This document shows, one piece after another, positions 27,786 to 36,283 of a stretch of 63,460 nt of DNA; positions within the stretch are counted from its first letter, which is position 1; the number at the start of each line of letters is the position of its first letter. The DNA is from an uncultured beta proteobacterium (GTDB lineage Bacteria > Pseudomonadota > Gammaproteobacteria > Burkholderiales > SG8-39), in NCBI GenBank assembly GCA_903899705.1, contig CAIUKQ010000105.1, positions 1 through 63,460 on the forward strand. Reading direction: 5' to 3'. Under the pieces are notes generated by a model. That model saw only the letters and a list, made by a program, of their open reading frames with translations, was not told the origin of the DNA and made no database searches. Made by a program: the position numbers and the translations under genes.

Positions 27786-28390
27786 GATTTCACCGGCTTT
27801 ACGACAACCAGATCCACTTCGCAGATAGAGCTAAGGCGTGGCGACGCCGATGACGCCTGCACGCCGCTACGCTCCAGTCGGTCAATCGTGCAGTGGCGGA
27901 TTGAGACCTGAGATAGCGCTGCAGCTTCAAGGTCGGAAAGGAATTTGAGCAAATCTTCCTCGTGAAGCAACTGCATTTCAAGCCTCATCCGGCTGGCCGC
28001 CAGATCGAGGGCGCCGGCGGGGGTCATCCCCGGATAGGCGAGCGGCTTTTGCGAATCGATGGTGTAGCGAATCTCGAATAGTTTCCTCGCGGCTTTTATC
28101 TTTGCAATCGAATCAATGAGATCAAGCCTGTTCTCCTGGTCAACCATGCCCCGCGATGCCATGCGCGCATACCAGACCATGTTTTCCTTGATTTCACGTT
28201 CCTCCTCGGAAACCTGGGCAACCTTCTTTTGCGTCTCTTCACTGGATTTGGCTGCCGCGCCGCGGGCAACCTTGGCGTCGGCGAGCCATGATTCGGACAC
28301 GGCGACAAAACCCGCCCCCAAGCCGATCAATAGCACCGCAAGCGCGACGGGCAGGCGCATTTTTTTGAAATCGGCGCGGTCAATCCTCAC
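27782..28390 (-). CDS. PilO/MshJ-like pilus assembly protein
   Basis: 202 aa: a single TM segment (LPVALAVLLIGLGAGF), a coiled-coil, then a small C-terminal domain. GTG start overlaps the upstream stop; an alternative ATG is at 28360. Confidence 0.6.
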   Translation of the reverse strand: MRIDRADFKKMRLPVALAVLLIGLGAGFVAVSESWLADAKVARGAAAKSSEETQKKVAQVSEEEREIKENMVWYARMASRGMVDQENRLDLIDSIAKIKAARKLFEIRYTIDSQKPLAYPGMTPAGALDLAASRMRLEMQLLHEEDLLKFLSDLEAAALSQVSIRHCTIDRLERSGVQASSASPRLSSICEVDLVVVKPVKS

Positions 28391-29961
28391 GATTCGAGAC
28401 GCCTGCTCAGAACAATGGTAAAGCGCGGTATTTCGGTTTCCCTGGCGGCGCCGATGTCCCCGGAAAGGCTCTTTTCCGCGGTCAGATCGAAAGGCAATTG
28501 CACGCTGTCAACGACTATCCCCGGCAGACCGCGCAAGGCATCTGCGAACTTGTTGACCAATTGTGTGATGTTCTTGTAGTCCCCGCTCTGGGCCGCATTG
28601 ATGCGCCCGGAAATCTGCACAACTTCGTACATCGGGGCGCCTTCGGATTTTTCTCCGGATGCCACCGGCGCCGGAGCGGCGGGTTTGACCTCTCCCGCCT
28701 TGGAACCTGCGCGCGGCGCGTCCGACCTGAGCTGCCATTCAATGTGTTCCAGCTCAATCTGTGGACTGGAAACGAGTGTGCGGCTGAGGTCCACAAACAT
28801 CTTCTCCGGGGAGGTGCTCTGCTTTTGCAGGGTGACATAGTTCTTTACCAGCGCCTTGAGGTTATCCGTCGTTGTCGGCGTCTTTGGAAACTGCGCCTGC
28901 AACCGGGCATATTGTTCATTCAATTGCCGTTCCCGCTGCTGGTCGCCGTCGGCCTGGGTTCTCACGCTGTTGAATTCCAGGAGCCGGACGGAAGTCCAGA
29001 GCGCGCACAGCAGGAATATCGCGCCGCCCGTTGCAAATGCGGCAAGCCGTGCACGCCACAGATTGAAAAAGCGGCGGTGCTCGTCAACCGCGAATTGCAA
29101 CGAAGGCGGGGAGGAAGCAAGGGAATGGGCAAATATGTTTTCGGTCAATGCGTCCGCCGGTGCTGATTTCAATCCAATCCGCTTGCTCGCGTCGCTTACT
29201 GTTAAAAGGTTGTAATGCAACTGCGCGGTATTGACGCAGGCGACCTGAAACTGGGTAAGCATGTCATCCGGACAAAGAACGATTACTTCCAGCGCGCCGC
29301 CGTCGCGCGCAAGCATGCGCATGTTGGTGAGGTATTGCTGCAGACGCGAGGTTTCCGAGGCGAGCATATTGGCCCGAAGCACCGGGTCATCGCCCTCTAT
29401 CTGTCCCAGCCGGGAGAACCGGATTTGGCCCTTGTCGACGAAGGTCTGGCGAATGCCGGCCTGCTGCCGACTGACAAGGAGAAACCGCTGCTGGGAAAAA
29501 CCGAGGCGCTTTGCCAGCGCCGGGGCAAGCAAAGGAGGGGAGTAGACCCCGGCCATTCGCGCTTCCAGCCTGGACAGGGCCAACAGCCATGGCTGCAATT
29601 GCTGGGTGTTCGTGAAGGATGTGAACAGGATGCTTTCTTCGCGCCTCGGTCCGGTCTCATAGCCCAGGGAAAGGGTCATCGCGAGTGAAAGGTCGCGGTA
29701 ACGTTGCGCCAGTTTTCGGTGCAAAAGCGTGCGGCGGTCACCGCCACGAACGTAGGGAATCAATTCCTGGTGAAAATCCTCGTCGACGATATCCACCAGC
29801 AGAAAATAAAGGGCCTGTGGCGACTGGGAGACGTAACTGGTGAATTCGGGCGGTGCCTCTTCGCCTTGCGGGAAAACTGCGTCTCGTACGAGCGTGCCGG
29901 CCGTCCAGGTGAACGCTACGACCTGGTTTGTCGTGAAATACAGGATTCTCTTGGCGGGCAT
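28387..29961 (-). CDS. PilM-PilN fusion-type (MshI-like) pilus assembly protein
   Basis: 524 aa: a cytoplasmic ~300-aa actin-like-sized domain, one TM segment (LAAFATGGAIFLLCALW), then a periplasmic coiled-coil plus alpha/beta domain. Position matches the alignment subcomplex. Confidence 0.6.
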   Translation of the reverse strand: MPAKRILYFTTNQVVAFTWTAGTLVRDAVFPQGEEAPPEFTSYVSQSPQALYFLLVDIVDEDFHQELIPYVRGGDRRTLLHRKLAQRYRDLSLAMTLSLGYETGPRREESILFTSFTNTQQLQPWLLALSRLEARMAGVYSPPLLAPALAKRLGFSQQRFLLVSRQQAGIRQTFVDKGQIRFSRLGQIEGDDPVLRANMLASETSRLQQYLTNMRMLARDGGALEVIVLCPDDMLTQFQVACVNTAQLHYNLLTVSDASKRIGLKSAPADALTENIFAHSLASSPPSLQFAVDEHRRFFNLWRARLAAFATGGAIFLLCALWTSVRLLEFNSVRTQADGDQQRERQLNEQYARLQAQFPKTPTTTDNLKALVKNYVTLQKQSTSPEKMFVDLSRTLVSSPQIELEHIEWQLRSDAPRAGSKAGEVKPAAPAPVASGEKSEGAPMYEVVQISGRINAAQSGDYKNITQLVNKFADALRGLPGIVVDSVQLPFDLTAEKSLSGDIGAARETEIPRFTIVLSRRLES

Positions 29962-29977
29962 GTTTTGTCGTGCCGTC

Positions 29978-31183
29978 CTAGATCTTGATCTTGGTCATGA
30001 TGTCGTAGATCGGGCCCAGTACCGACAGCATCACCCAGCCCAGAATTGCGCCCAGCACCACCGTCATTGCCGGTTCAATCATCACCTGCACCTTTCCGAT
30101 GGACTCACGGACTTCCCGGTTGTAAAAGTAGGAAACGTTCAGCAACGCGTTGTCCAGCCCCCCGGTGGTTTCGCCCACCCGGATCATTCTTATCACCAGT
30201 GGCGGGAAGAGCCCCACATCCTGAAAAGCGGTCGTCACGCTTTTGCCTTCGGCAATTTCCTGGCCGGCCATGCGCAGCCCCTCCTGGATGACCAGATTGC
30301 CGGCAATCTCTTCGGAGCTGTGCATGGCATCCATGATGGTTATGCCGGCCGAATACATCAGGGCAAAGGTGCTCGCAAAGCGCGAAAGGATGATTTTTCG
30401 CAGGATGTTGCCCACCATAGGAATGTTGAGTTTGGCCCGGTCAAGCTGATAGCGGACGAGGGGATTCTTTTCGGCGGCAATTTTGATTCCGAAAATCAGC
30501 AAAATGGGAGTTCCGATGAGTGCCCACCAGTAGTTGACAAAGATGCCCGACACCACGATCAACGCCCGCGTGTGCAGCGGCAGGGTTTGTCCCATGCCCT
30601 TGATGAATGCCACCATTTGCGGCACCAGATAAATCATCAGAAAAAACGTAACGAGAAGGACGACGGAGCCGACAAATGCAGGCAGCATGACAATCTTCTT
30701 GGTCTGTGCGGCGAGTTCGTCCTCCCATTTGAGGGTGTCAGTCAGGTTGAGCAGCACCTGGGGCATGCGGCCGGTGGCCTCTCCGGCCCGGATCAGGCTG
30801 GCGAAAACCGGTGAAAAAACATCAGGATAGTCGCCCAGCGCCACCGACAGGGCGGAGCCACCCTGGATGCTTTCAATGATGCCGGAGATGACTTCGCGAA
30901 ACCGCGGATTCTCCGAACTGTCGCGAAGGTCGGTCAGGCTCTCGATCAGGGGTACTCCGGCCTTGACCAGATTCTCGAGATGAAAACAGAAGTTGATGAG
31001 GTCTTCTCGCTTGATGGACCCTTTGCGCATCAGCGAAGTGCCGCCACGCGTCGGCCCGCCGTTGATCATGTCCAGGCCCATGCGCTTCAGGCGCATCTCA
31101 AGGTCCACCAGATTGGTTGCCTGGACCTGGCCGATCGAGGACTTCCCGGCGGCGTCAATGGCCTTGTAGGTGAAAAGCGGCAT
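29978..31183 (-). CDS. GspF/PilC-family inner-membrane platform protein (MshG-like)
   Basis: 401 aa with two T2SS-F repeats (..GVPLIESL.., ..AGITIMDAM..) and three TM segments. Confidence 0.9.
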   Translation of the reverse strand: MPLFTYKAIDAAGKSSIGQVQATNLVDLEMRLKRMGLDMINGGPTRGGTSLMRKGSIKREDLINFCFHLENLVKAGVPLIESLTDLRDSSENPRFREVISGIIESIQGGSALSVALGDYPDVFSPVFASLIRAGEATGRMPQVLLNLTDTLKWEDELAAQTKKIVMLPAFVGSVVLLVTFFLMIYLVPQMVAFIKGMGQTLPLHTRALIVVSGIFVNYWWALIGTPILLIFGIKIAAEKNPLVRYQLDRAKLNIPMVGNILRKIILSRFASTFALMYSAGITIMDAMHSSEEIAGNLVIQEGLRMAGQEIAEGKSVTTAFQDVGLFPPLVIRMIRVGETTGGLDNALLNVSYFYNREVRESIGKVQVMIEPAMTVVLGAILGWVMLSVLGPIYDIMTKIKI

Positions 31184-31210
31184 GATCTAAAGCGGGATTC
31201 TCTGTGACAC

Positions 31211-32932
31211 TTACATGCGATCGGTCAGGTCAACCACTCGCAGTACTTCGTCAAGGGCGGTATTGCCGTCGAGTGCCCTGCGGATTGCGTCGTCGGCAAG
31301 GGTCTTGAATCCCCGGCTGATTGCTGCCTTGAGAAGCTCGCGCGTTGTCGCGCGATGCGCAATCATTTCGTCGATTTCCGGGTCGAATTTGAGGATCTCG
31401 AGAATAGCAAGGCGCCCCTTGTAGCCCTGGAAATCGCATTGGTCGCAGCCGACCGAGCGATGCAATGTGGGAGCCTTCCCCACGTCCACGCCCAGCAGTT
31501 TGCAGTCTGCAGCGCTCGCCTCGTAGGGCTGCTTGCAATGTTTGCAGAGCCGCCGCATCAGACGCTGGGCGACGATTCCGATGATGTTGCCCGACAGCAC
31601 GTCGGGAACAATGCCGATATCCAGGAGCCGGGGTATCGCCCCGATTGCGGAATTGGTATGCAGTGTCGAATACACCTGGTGGCCCGTCATTGCGGCGCGA
31701 AAGGCCATGGTGGCCGTGTCTTCATCGCGAATTTCGCCAACCAGGATGATGTCCGGATCCTGACGCATCAGCGAGCGTATGCCATTGGCGAAATCCATCT
31801 TCGCTGCTTCGTTGACCGAGGTCTGGCGGATGAGGGTCATGGGGTACTCGACCGGATCCTCCAGCGTCATGATGTTTAATCCGTCGCTGTTGATGTGGTT
31901 AAGTACAGAATAAAGGGTGGTGGTCTTTCCGCTTCCGGTCGGGCCCGTGACCAGAATGATTCCCTCCGGCCTTGCGATCATCTTCTTGAGAAGTTCCAGC
32001 TGGTTTTTTTCCAGGCCAAGGCCGTCCAGCGGCACGATGCCTTTCTGCCGGTCCAGGATACGCAGCACCACGTTTTCACCGTGTGACGTTGCCTGCGAGG
32101 CAACGCGAAAATCGACGGAACGGCCGGTCAGCGTGAGTGAGATGCGCCCATCCTGCGGTGCGCGTGTTTCGGCAATATTCATTTTGGCCATCACTTTGAT
32201 GCGCACCGCCATCGCCGGCCAATAGGTCTTGTGCAGGCTGCGAATCTGCCGCAGCACGCCATCGATGCGGTAACGGATTCGCAGGAAATTCTGTTCCGGC
32301 TCGAAGTGCACGTCCGACGCGCCGCGTTCGACGGCATCCGCAAGCAATGCAGACACAAGCCGGACCACCGGCTGGGAATAGGCGTCGCCGGAAACCTGGA
32401 GGCTCTGGTAATCGACTTCGCCCGTTTCAATTTCGTGAAGAATGCCGTCGATGGAAAAGTCGTGGCCATAGTATTGATCCACGGCGCGTGCGATCTCGCT
32501 TTCGCCGGCAAGGCGCACATCGACATCAAAATTGTCCCGAAGCTGCGCGCGAACCTGGTCCAGCGCGACAATGTTGTTGGTGTCGGCAATGGCGATGATG
32601 AGGCGTTTGCGCTCCCGATCCAGCGCCACCGGAAACAGGTTCTGGCGCTTTGCGAAATCGCGGGGGACCAGTTTCAATGCCGAGGAATCCACCACGATCT
32701 GGGAAAGATCGACGCTCTGAAGACCGAGTTTTTCCGACAATGCGTCGCGAAGTGTGGCTTCGGAGACGAAACCCAGCTGGACCAGCAACCGGCCCACCGG
32801 CTGATTGTTCTTGAGCTGCTCAAGGAGCGCGATTCGCAGCTGATCTTCGGTCAGTATTCCCTGCGAAATCAGTATCTGACCGATATGGCGCTTGGCCTGC
32901 GGAGCGACAGGCGCGCCCTGCGGGGAGTTCAC
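31211..32932 (-). CDS. mshE: GspE-family pilus assembly ATPase with N-terminal MshEN-type domain (MshE-like)
   Basis: 573 aa. Walker A GPTGSGKTTT, Asp/His boxes, and tetracysteine CKHC...CDQC. The N-terminus has two 24-aa MshEN-like repeats (HIGQILISQGILTEDQLRIALLEQ / PVGRLLVQLGFVSEATLRDALSEK). Confidence 0.88.
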   Translation of the reverse strand: MNSPQGAPVAPQAKRHIGQILISQGILTEDQLRIALLEQLKNNQPVGRLLVQLGFVSEATLRDALSEKLGLQSVDLSQIVVDSSALKLVPRDFAKRQNLFPVALDRERKRLIIAIADTNNIVALDQVRAQLRDNFDVDVRLAGESEIARAVDQYYGHDFSIDGILHEIETGEVDYQSLQVSGDAYSQPVVRLVSALLADAVERGASDVHFEPEQNFLRIRYRIDGVLRQIRSLHKTYWPAMAVRIKVMAKMNIAETRAPQDGRISLTLTGRSVDFRVASQATSHGENVVLRILDRQKGIVPLDGLGLEKNQLELLKKMIARPEGIILVTGPTGSGKTTTLYSVLNHINSDGLNIMTLEDPVEYPMTLIRQTSVNEAAKMDFANGIRSLMRQDPDIILVGEIRDEDTATMAFRAAMTGHQVYSTLHTNSAIGAIPRLLDIGIVPDVLSGNIIGIVAQRLMRRLCKHCKQPYEASAADCKLLGVDVGKAPTLHRSVGCDQCDFQGYKGRLAILEILKFDPEIDEMIAHRATTRELLKAAISRGFKTLADDAIRRALDGNTALDEVLRVVDLTDRM

Positions 32933-34353
32933 CGTTCCAGCTCCTGCGCGCGCGTTTCAGCCTGTCTGCGATCGAATCCGACAGGGCGTGTACCCGCGAG
33001 GGCGACAGCTTTCCGGTAGTAATCGGCTGCAATTTTGCGTTGGCGGAGATGGTCCAGGCTTACCGCGAGATTGAATGCAAAATCGGCATTTTGCGGGTCT
33101 GCACTGAATGCCTTGAAATAGGCGTCCTGCGCTTCCCCCCAGCGTGACTGCGCCGAATACTGGTTTCCCAATGCGAAGTAGAGGTGGGTTGTATCCGGCT
33201 GCGCCGCAATAAGGTTTTTGATCCGGCTTTCGAGTTGCACGGGATCCACGTTGCCCTGCAACGCGATCAGTGCCGCCTGTGCAAGTGAGTCCCGCGGGTC
33301 CAGCTCGATCAATTTGAGATAGCGCATTTCGGCGGTTTCGTAATCCCGCATTCTCACGTCGATCGCAGCCAGACCCAGCAGGGCATCGCGGTTATTGGCT
33401 TCCCGGCTGAGAGCCAGCTGGTATTCCGATCGCGCACGGTCGAAATCACCGCTCTGAAAAGCGGCGTAGGCATTCTCGAGAGTGACATTCCCCTGCAATG
33501 CGGGCGGCGTTATTTTTATCGGCAATCGCGGCGGGCGAGGTACGGCTGGGGTCTGCGCGGGTGCGCTTTGGGGCGATGTTCCTGCCGGAGCGGTGACCGT
33601 TGGCGGCACCCCGCCTGCCTTACCCGATCGTTGCGCCGACGGAGTCCCGGTCGGAACTTCCGCTTTGGCAGGCGCGGATTTGGGGGGGGCGGCTACGGAA
33701 GGCGCAATTGCCACCACGGCCGACGCGGGGCCCGGGGCGACCGGCGCCGGTTGAACGCCCGGCGTTGGTGCCGCAGTCACTGTTTGCACTTTCTCGTCTG
33801 CCCCGGGCGCGGTGGCTAGTTCAGATTGGGGATCCGTCACGGGGGGCGGGGGTGGGGGCCTTGAGATCGGCGCAGATTTCGGGGCATTCTGAATCGCGGT
33901 CGTATTCACGGAGTAGTGAGGCTGCAGCTGCCACCAAAGGTAGACGCCGTAGCCGACAGCGGCGAGCCCGAGTGCGCCCAGAGTGATGTAAAAGGGCCGT
34001 TTCGGGTTGTAATCAACCTCTTTGGCTTCAAACATTTGGCGGGCGGCTTGACGCTGCGGATTGGGTCTGGGAGGAGATACTACATCTGCATCGGACGGGG
34101 GGGCAGGTGGTCTTGCCGGCATCGCTGCGACGGGAACGGGTTCAACCACGGGTGCCGGTGCCGACTTTGGTGCAGCGCTTTGCTCCGTCTCCGAAGCGTT
34201 GTATTTCGGCATTTGATCCGGACGCAGCGTCGGTTCATCGGGCTCCTCAAAGCGAATGCTGCCCGAATCAAGTTCTTCCGGCTGTGGATTGTTTGCCAGT
34301 GCGCCCTGTTTGGCCAGTTCGGCTTTTTTGAGGGCTTCAAGCAGCAAGCTCAT
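32929..34353 (-). CDS. TPR-repeat pilus biogenesis protein with Pro/Ala-rich linker (MshN-like)
   Basis: 474 aa: N-terminal region, one TM segment (FYITLGALGLAAVGYGVYLWW), a long P/A-rich segment, and C-terminal TPR repeats. 4-nt overlaps on both sides. Confidence 0.7.
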   Translation of the reverse strand: MSLLLEALKKAELAKQGALANNPQPEELDSGSIRFEEPDEPTLRPDQMPKYNASETEQSAAPKSAPAPVVEPVPVAAMPARPPAPPSDADVVSPPRPNPQRQAARQMFEAKEVDYNPKRPFYITLGALGLAAVGYGVYLWWQLQPHYSVNTTAIQNAPKSAPISRPPPPPPVTDPQSELATAPGADEKVQTVTAAPTPGVQPAPVAPGPASAVVAIAPSVAAPPKSAPAKAEVPTGTPSAQRSGKAGGVPPTVTAPAGTSPQSAPAQTPAVPRPPRLPIKITPPALQGNVTLENAYAAFQSGDFDRARSEYQLALSREANNRDALLGLAAIDVRMRDYETAEMRYLKLIELDPRDSLAQAALIALQGNVDPVQLESRIKNLIAAQPDTTHLYFALGNQYSAQSRWGEAQDAYFKAFSADPQNADFAFNLAVSLDHLRQRKIAADYYRKAVALAGTRPVGFDRRQAETRAQELER

Positions 34354-36191
34354 TTCCGCGCGTCCTCGGAAAACGTGGACGGATTGGGTTGTGTGAGGAA
34401 GTTCTCATCAGGCGCAAAAACGCGATAAGCACGGTAATCGCCGTCAATGCTGGGATCGCGAATCACCACCGGCCTGAAAAATATGACAAGTTCGGTTTTC
34501 GTATTGGCGCGGTTGCGCTGCCCGAACAGCTGTCCGAAGCCCTCAGAACTTCTGGCACCCGGGATGCCGTCCTCCAGGTCCGTCACCGACTCCTGGATGA
34601 GTCCGCCCATGACCGCGATCTGCCCGCTGTTCACTTTGATCAGCGACTCCATCTCGCGGCGTTGAATTTCCGGAAAGCGGCTCACGATGGGCGCGAGGTT
34701 GCAGCCCCCAACCGGGACAGGAATGCCGCACGGATTGGCCAGCGCCGGATTCGGATCATTGACGAAGTTGACAATGCGCGACAGGGACGGCCGCACATTG
34801 AGCAGCACAATGTCCGTGTCGCCGATCTGGGGGGGCACATTCATCACAAAGCCGACGGGGACAGTGTTTGCGGTGGTGGTGAAGGTTGTTTGCGAGACGT
34901 TGGCCGTGGCGTTAGTGCTTACCGAAATGTTGAAATAAACACGCTCGTCAACGACCTTCAGCATGGCGGTTTGATTGTTTAAAACCGAGATCTTGGGGCT
35001 GGAAAGCACCCGGACATTGCCAAAGGATTCGAGAAGCTGGACGATTGAGGTGAGATTGCCCAGATTGAAGTTCGGCGCAGACAGGTTGCCGACGAACAGG
35101 CCCTGGGTGGGTGTCGAGGCAAGGCCGCCAACGGGCAACTGGCTGATGCTGATTCCCGAGGGGCCTCGTCGCAACAGCGACCAGTTGATGCCCTGCTGAA
35201 ACTGGTTGCTCAACTGTACCTCGACGATGGTGGCCTCGATCAGAACCTGCCGCCTGGCATTCACCAGCACACGGTCCAGGAATTCCTGAATTTTTTCGTG
35301 CTGGCGGGAGGTTGCGCGAATGCTCATGACGCCGGCTTCCGCATTTGCGATGACCGATGCGGCTTCCCTGAATGTCGAATTTGAGGTTCCGCCACCGGGA
35401 GCGGCCGGAAGGGGGCCCGGCAGTGGCTGCGCTGCACCAGCGCCCCCCGCGAGAGAGCCGGCAATTGCTCCCAGGGGATTTGGCGGGCTTGCAGGCGCCG
35501 CCGGAGCTGCAGCGGCCGGTGTGCTGTTTGCTGTGTTGCCGGCAGGTATGATCTTGTCGGTTTCGTGGAGGATTTCCTCAACGTTCTTGACCAGGGTCTC
35601 CCAGAACTTGTTGCTGGATTTATTGGTCAGTGTTGTGCTGGAGTTGTTGCCACCGCCACCACCGGGAGCGGCGCCGCCACCGCCGCCACTTGCTCCGCCA
35701 GTACCTGAGATCTGGCTCGAAATGCCGACCGTGCCGGTCGATGTACGCTCAATGTTGACGTAATCGATTTTGTAAATGCGAAGGAAGGGCGAGTCCGGCA
35801 TCACGATCAGATTGGGAGGATCGAACTCCCAGCGCATGTCCACCTGCTTTGAGATGCGTGTCAGCAACTGCGGCAGGGTCTGGTCGATCGCGTTCATCGT
35901 GACGGTCCCGGAAATACCGTTGTGAATGTCGACATTCAACTTGGCATCGCGGGCCAGTGCAAAAAGCAATTCACTGACTTTGACGCCATTGACGACAACG
36001 CTATAGGTCTCGGGTTTCTGGATCTGTTTCGGTTTTGGGAGGAACGGTGAAAACGGAACCGGCGCGGGAATTGAACCTGTGGTTGCGGGTGCTTCCGAAA
36101 CGATATGCGTATCCGATTGCTTCATGATTGGCGGGGCGGTGCATCCAAACAGCAAAGCCACGCCCGCCATCAATAATCTCTTCGTCGTCAT
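34350..36191 (-). CDS. Secretin (MshL/PilQ/GspD family), predicted lipoprotein
   Basis: Secretin C-domain (..VLSSPKISVLNNQTAMLKV.., ..ELVIFFRPVVI..). Lipobox LLFGC. ATG at 36191 is preferred to TTG at 36200. Two Gly/Ala/Pro low-complexity inserts. Confidence 0.9.
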   Translation of the reverse strand: MTTKRLLMAGVALLFGCTAPPIMKQSDTHIVSEAPATTGSIPAPVPFSPFLPKPKQIQKPETYSVVVNGVKVSELLFALARDAKLNVDIHNGISGTVTMNAIDQTLPQLLTRISKQVDMRWEFDPPNLIVMPDSPFLRIYKIDYVNIERTSTGTVGISSQISGTGGASGGGGGAAPGGGGGNNSSTTLTNKSSNKFWETLVKNVEEILHETDKIIPAGNTANSTPAAAAPAAPASPPNPLGAIAGSLAGGAGAAQPLPGPLPAAPGGGTSNSTFREAASVIANAEAGVMSIRATSRQHEKIQEFLDRVLVNARRQVLIEATIVEVQLSNQFQQGINWSLLRRGPSGISISQLPVGGLASTPTQGLFVGNLSAPNFNLGNLTSIVQLLESFGNVRVLSSPKISVLNNQTAMLKVVDERVYFNISVSTNATANVSQTTFTTTANTVPVGFVMNVPPQIGDTDIVLLNVRPSLSRIVNFVNDPNPALANPCGIPVPVGGCNLAPIVSRFPEIQRREMESLIKVNSGQIAVMGGLIQESVTDLEDGIPGARSSEGFGQLFGQRNRANTKTELVIFFRPVVIRDPSIDGDYRAYRVFAPDENFLTQPNPSTFSEDARK

Positions 36192-36283
36192 GGAAGGCAA
36201 ACCTTTCCAGCAAGCGACATGGTCGCGAAGTTAGATGAAAAGTATAATCTAATAAATTGATTTTGCGCGATAATTTATAAAAT

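Noticed and set aside
29840-30814. 324-aa plus-strand ORF opposite the GspF-like platform gene (similar cases at 32231-33019 and 28498-29166)
   Set aside because: All lie antisense to strongly supported pilus genes. They are His/Arg/Gly-rich with no domains. Judged shadow ORFs.
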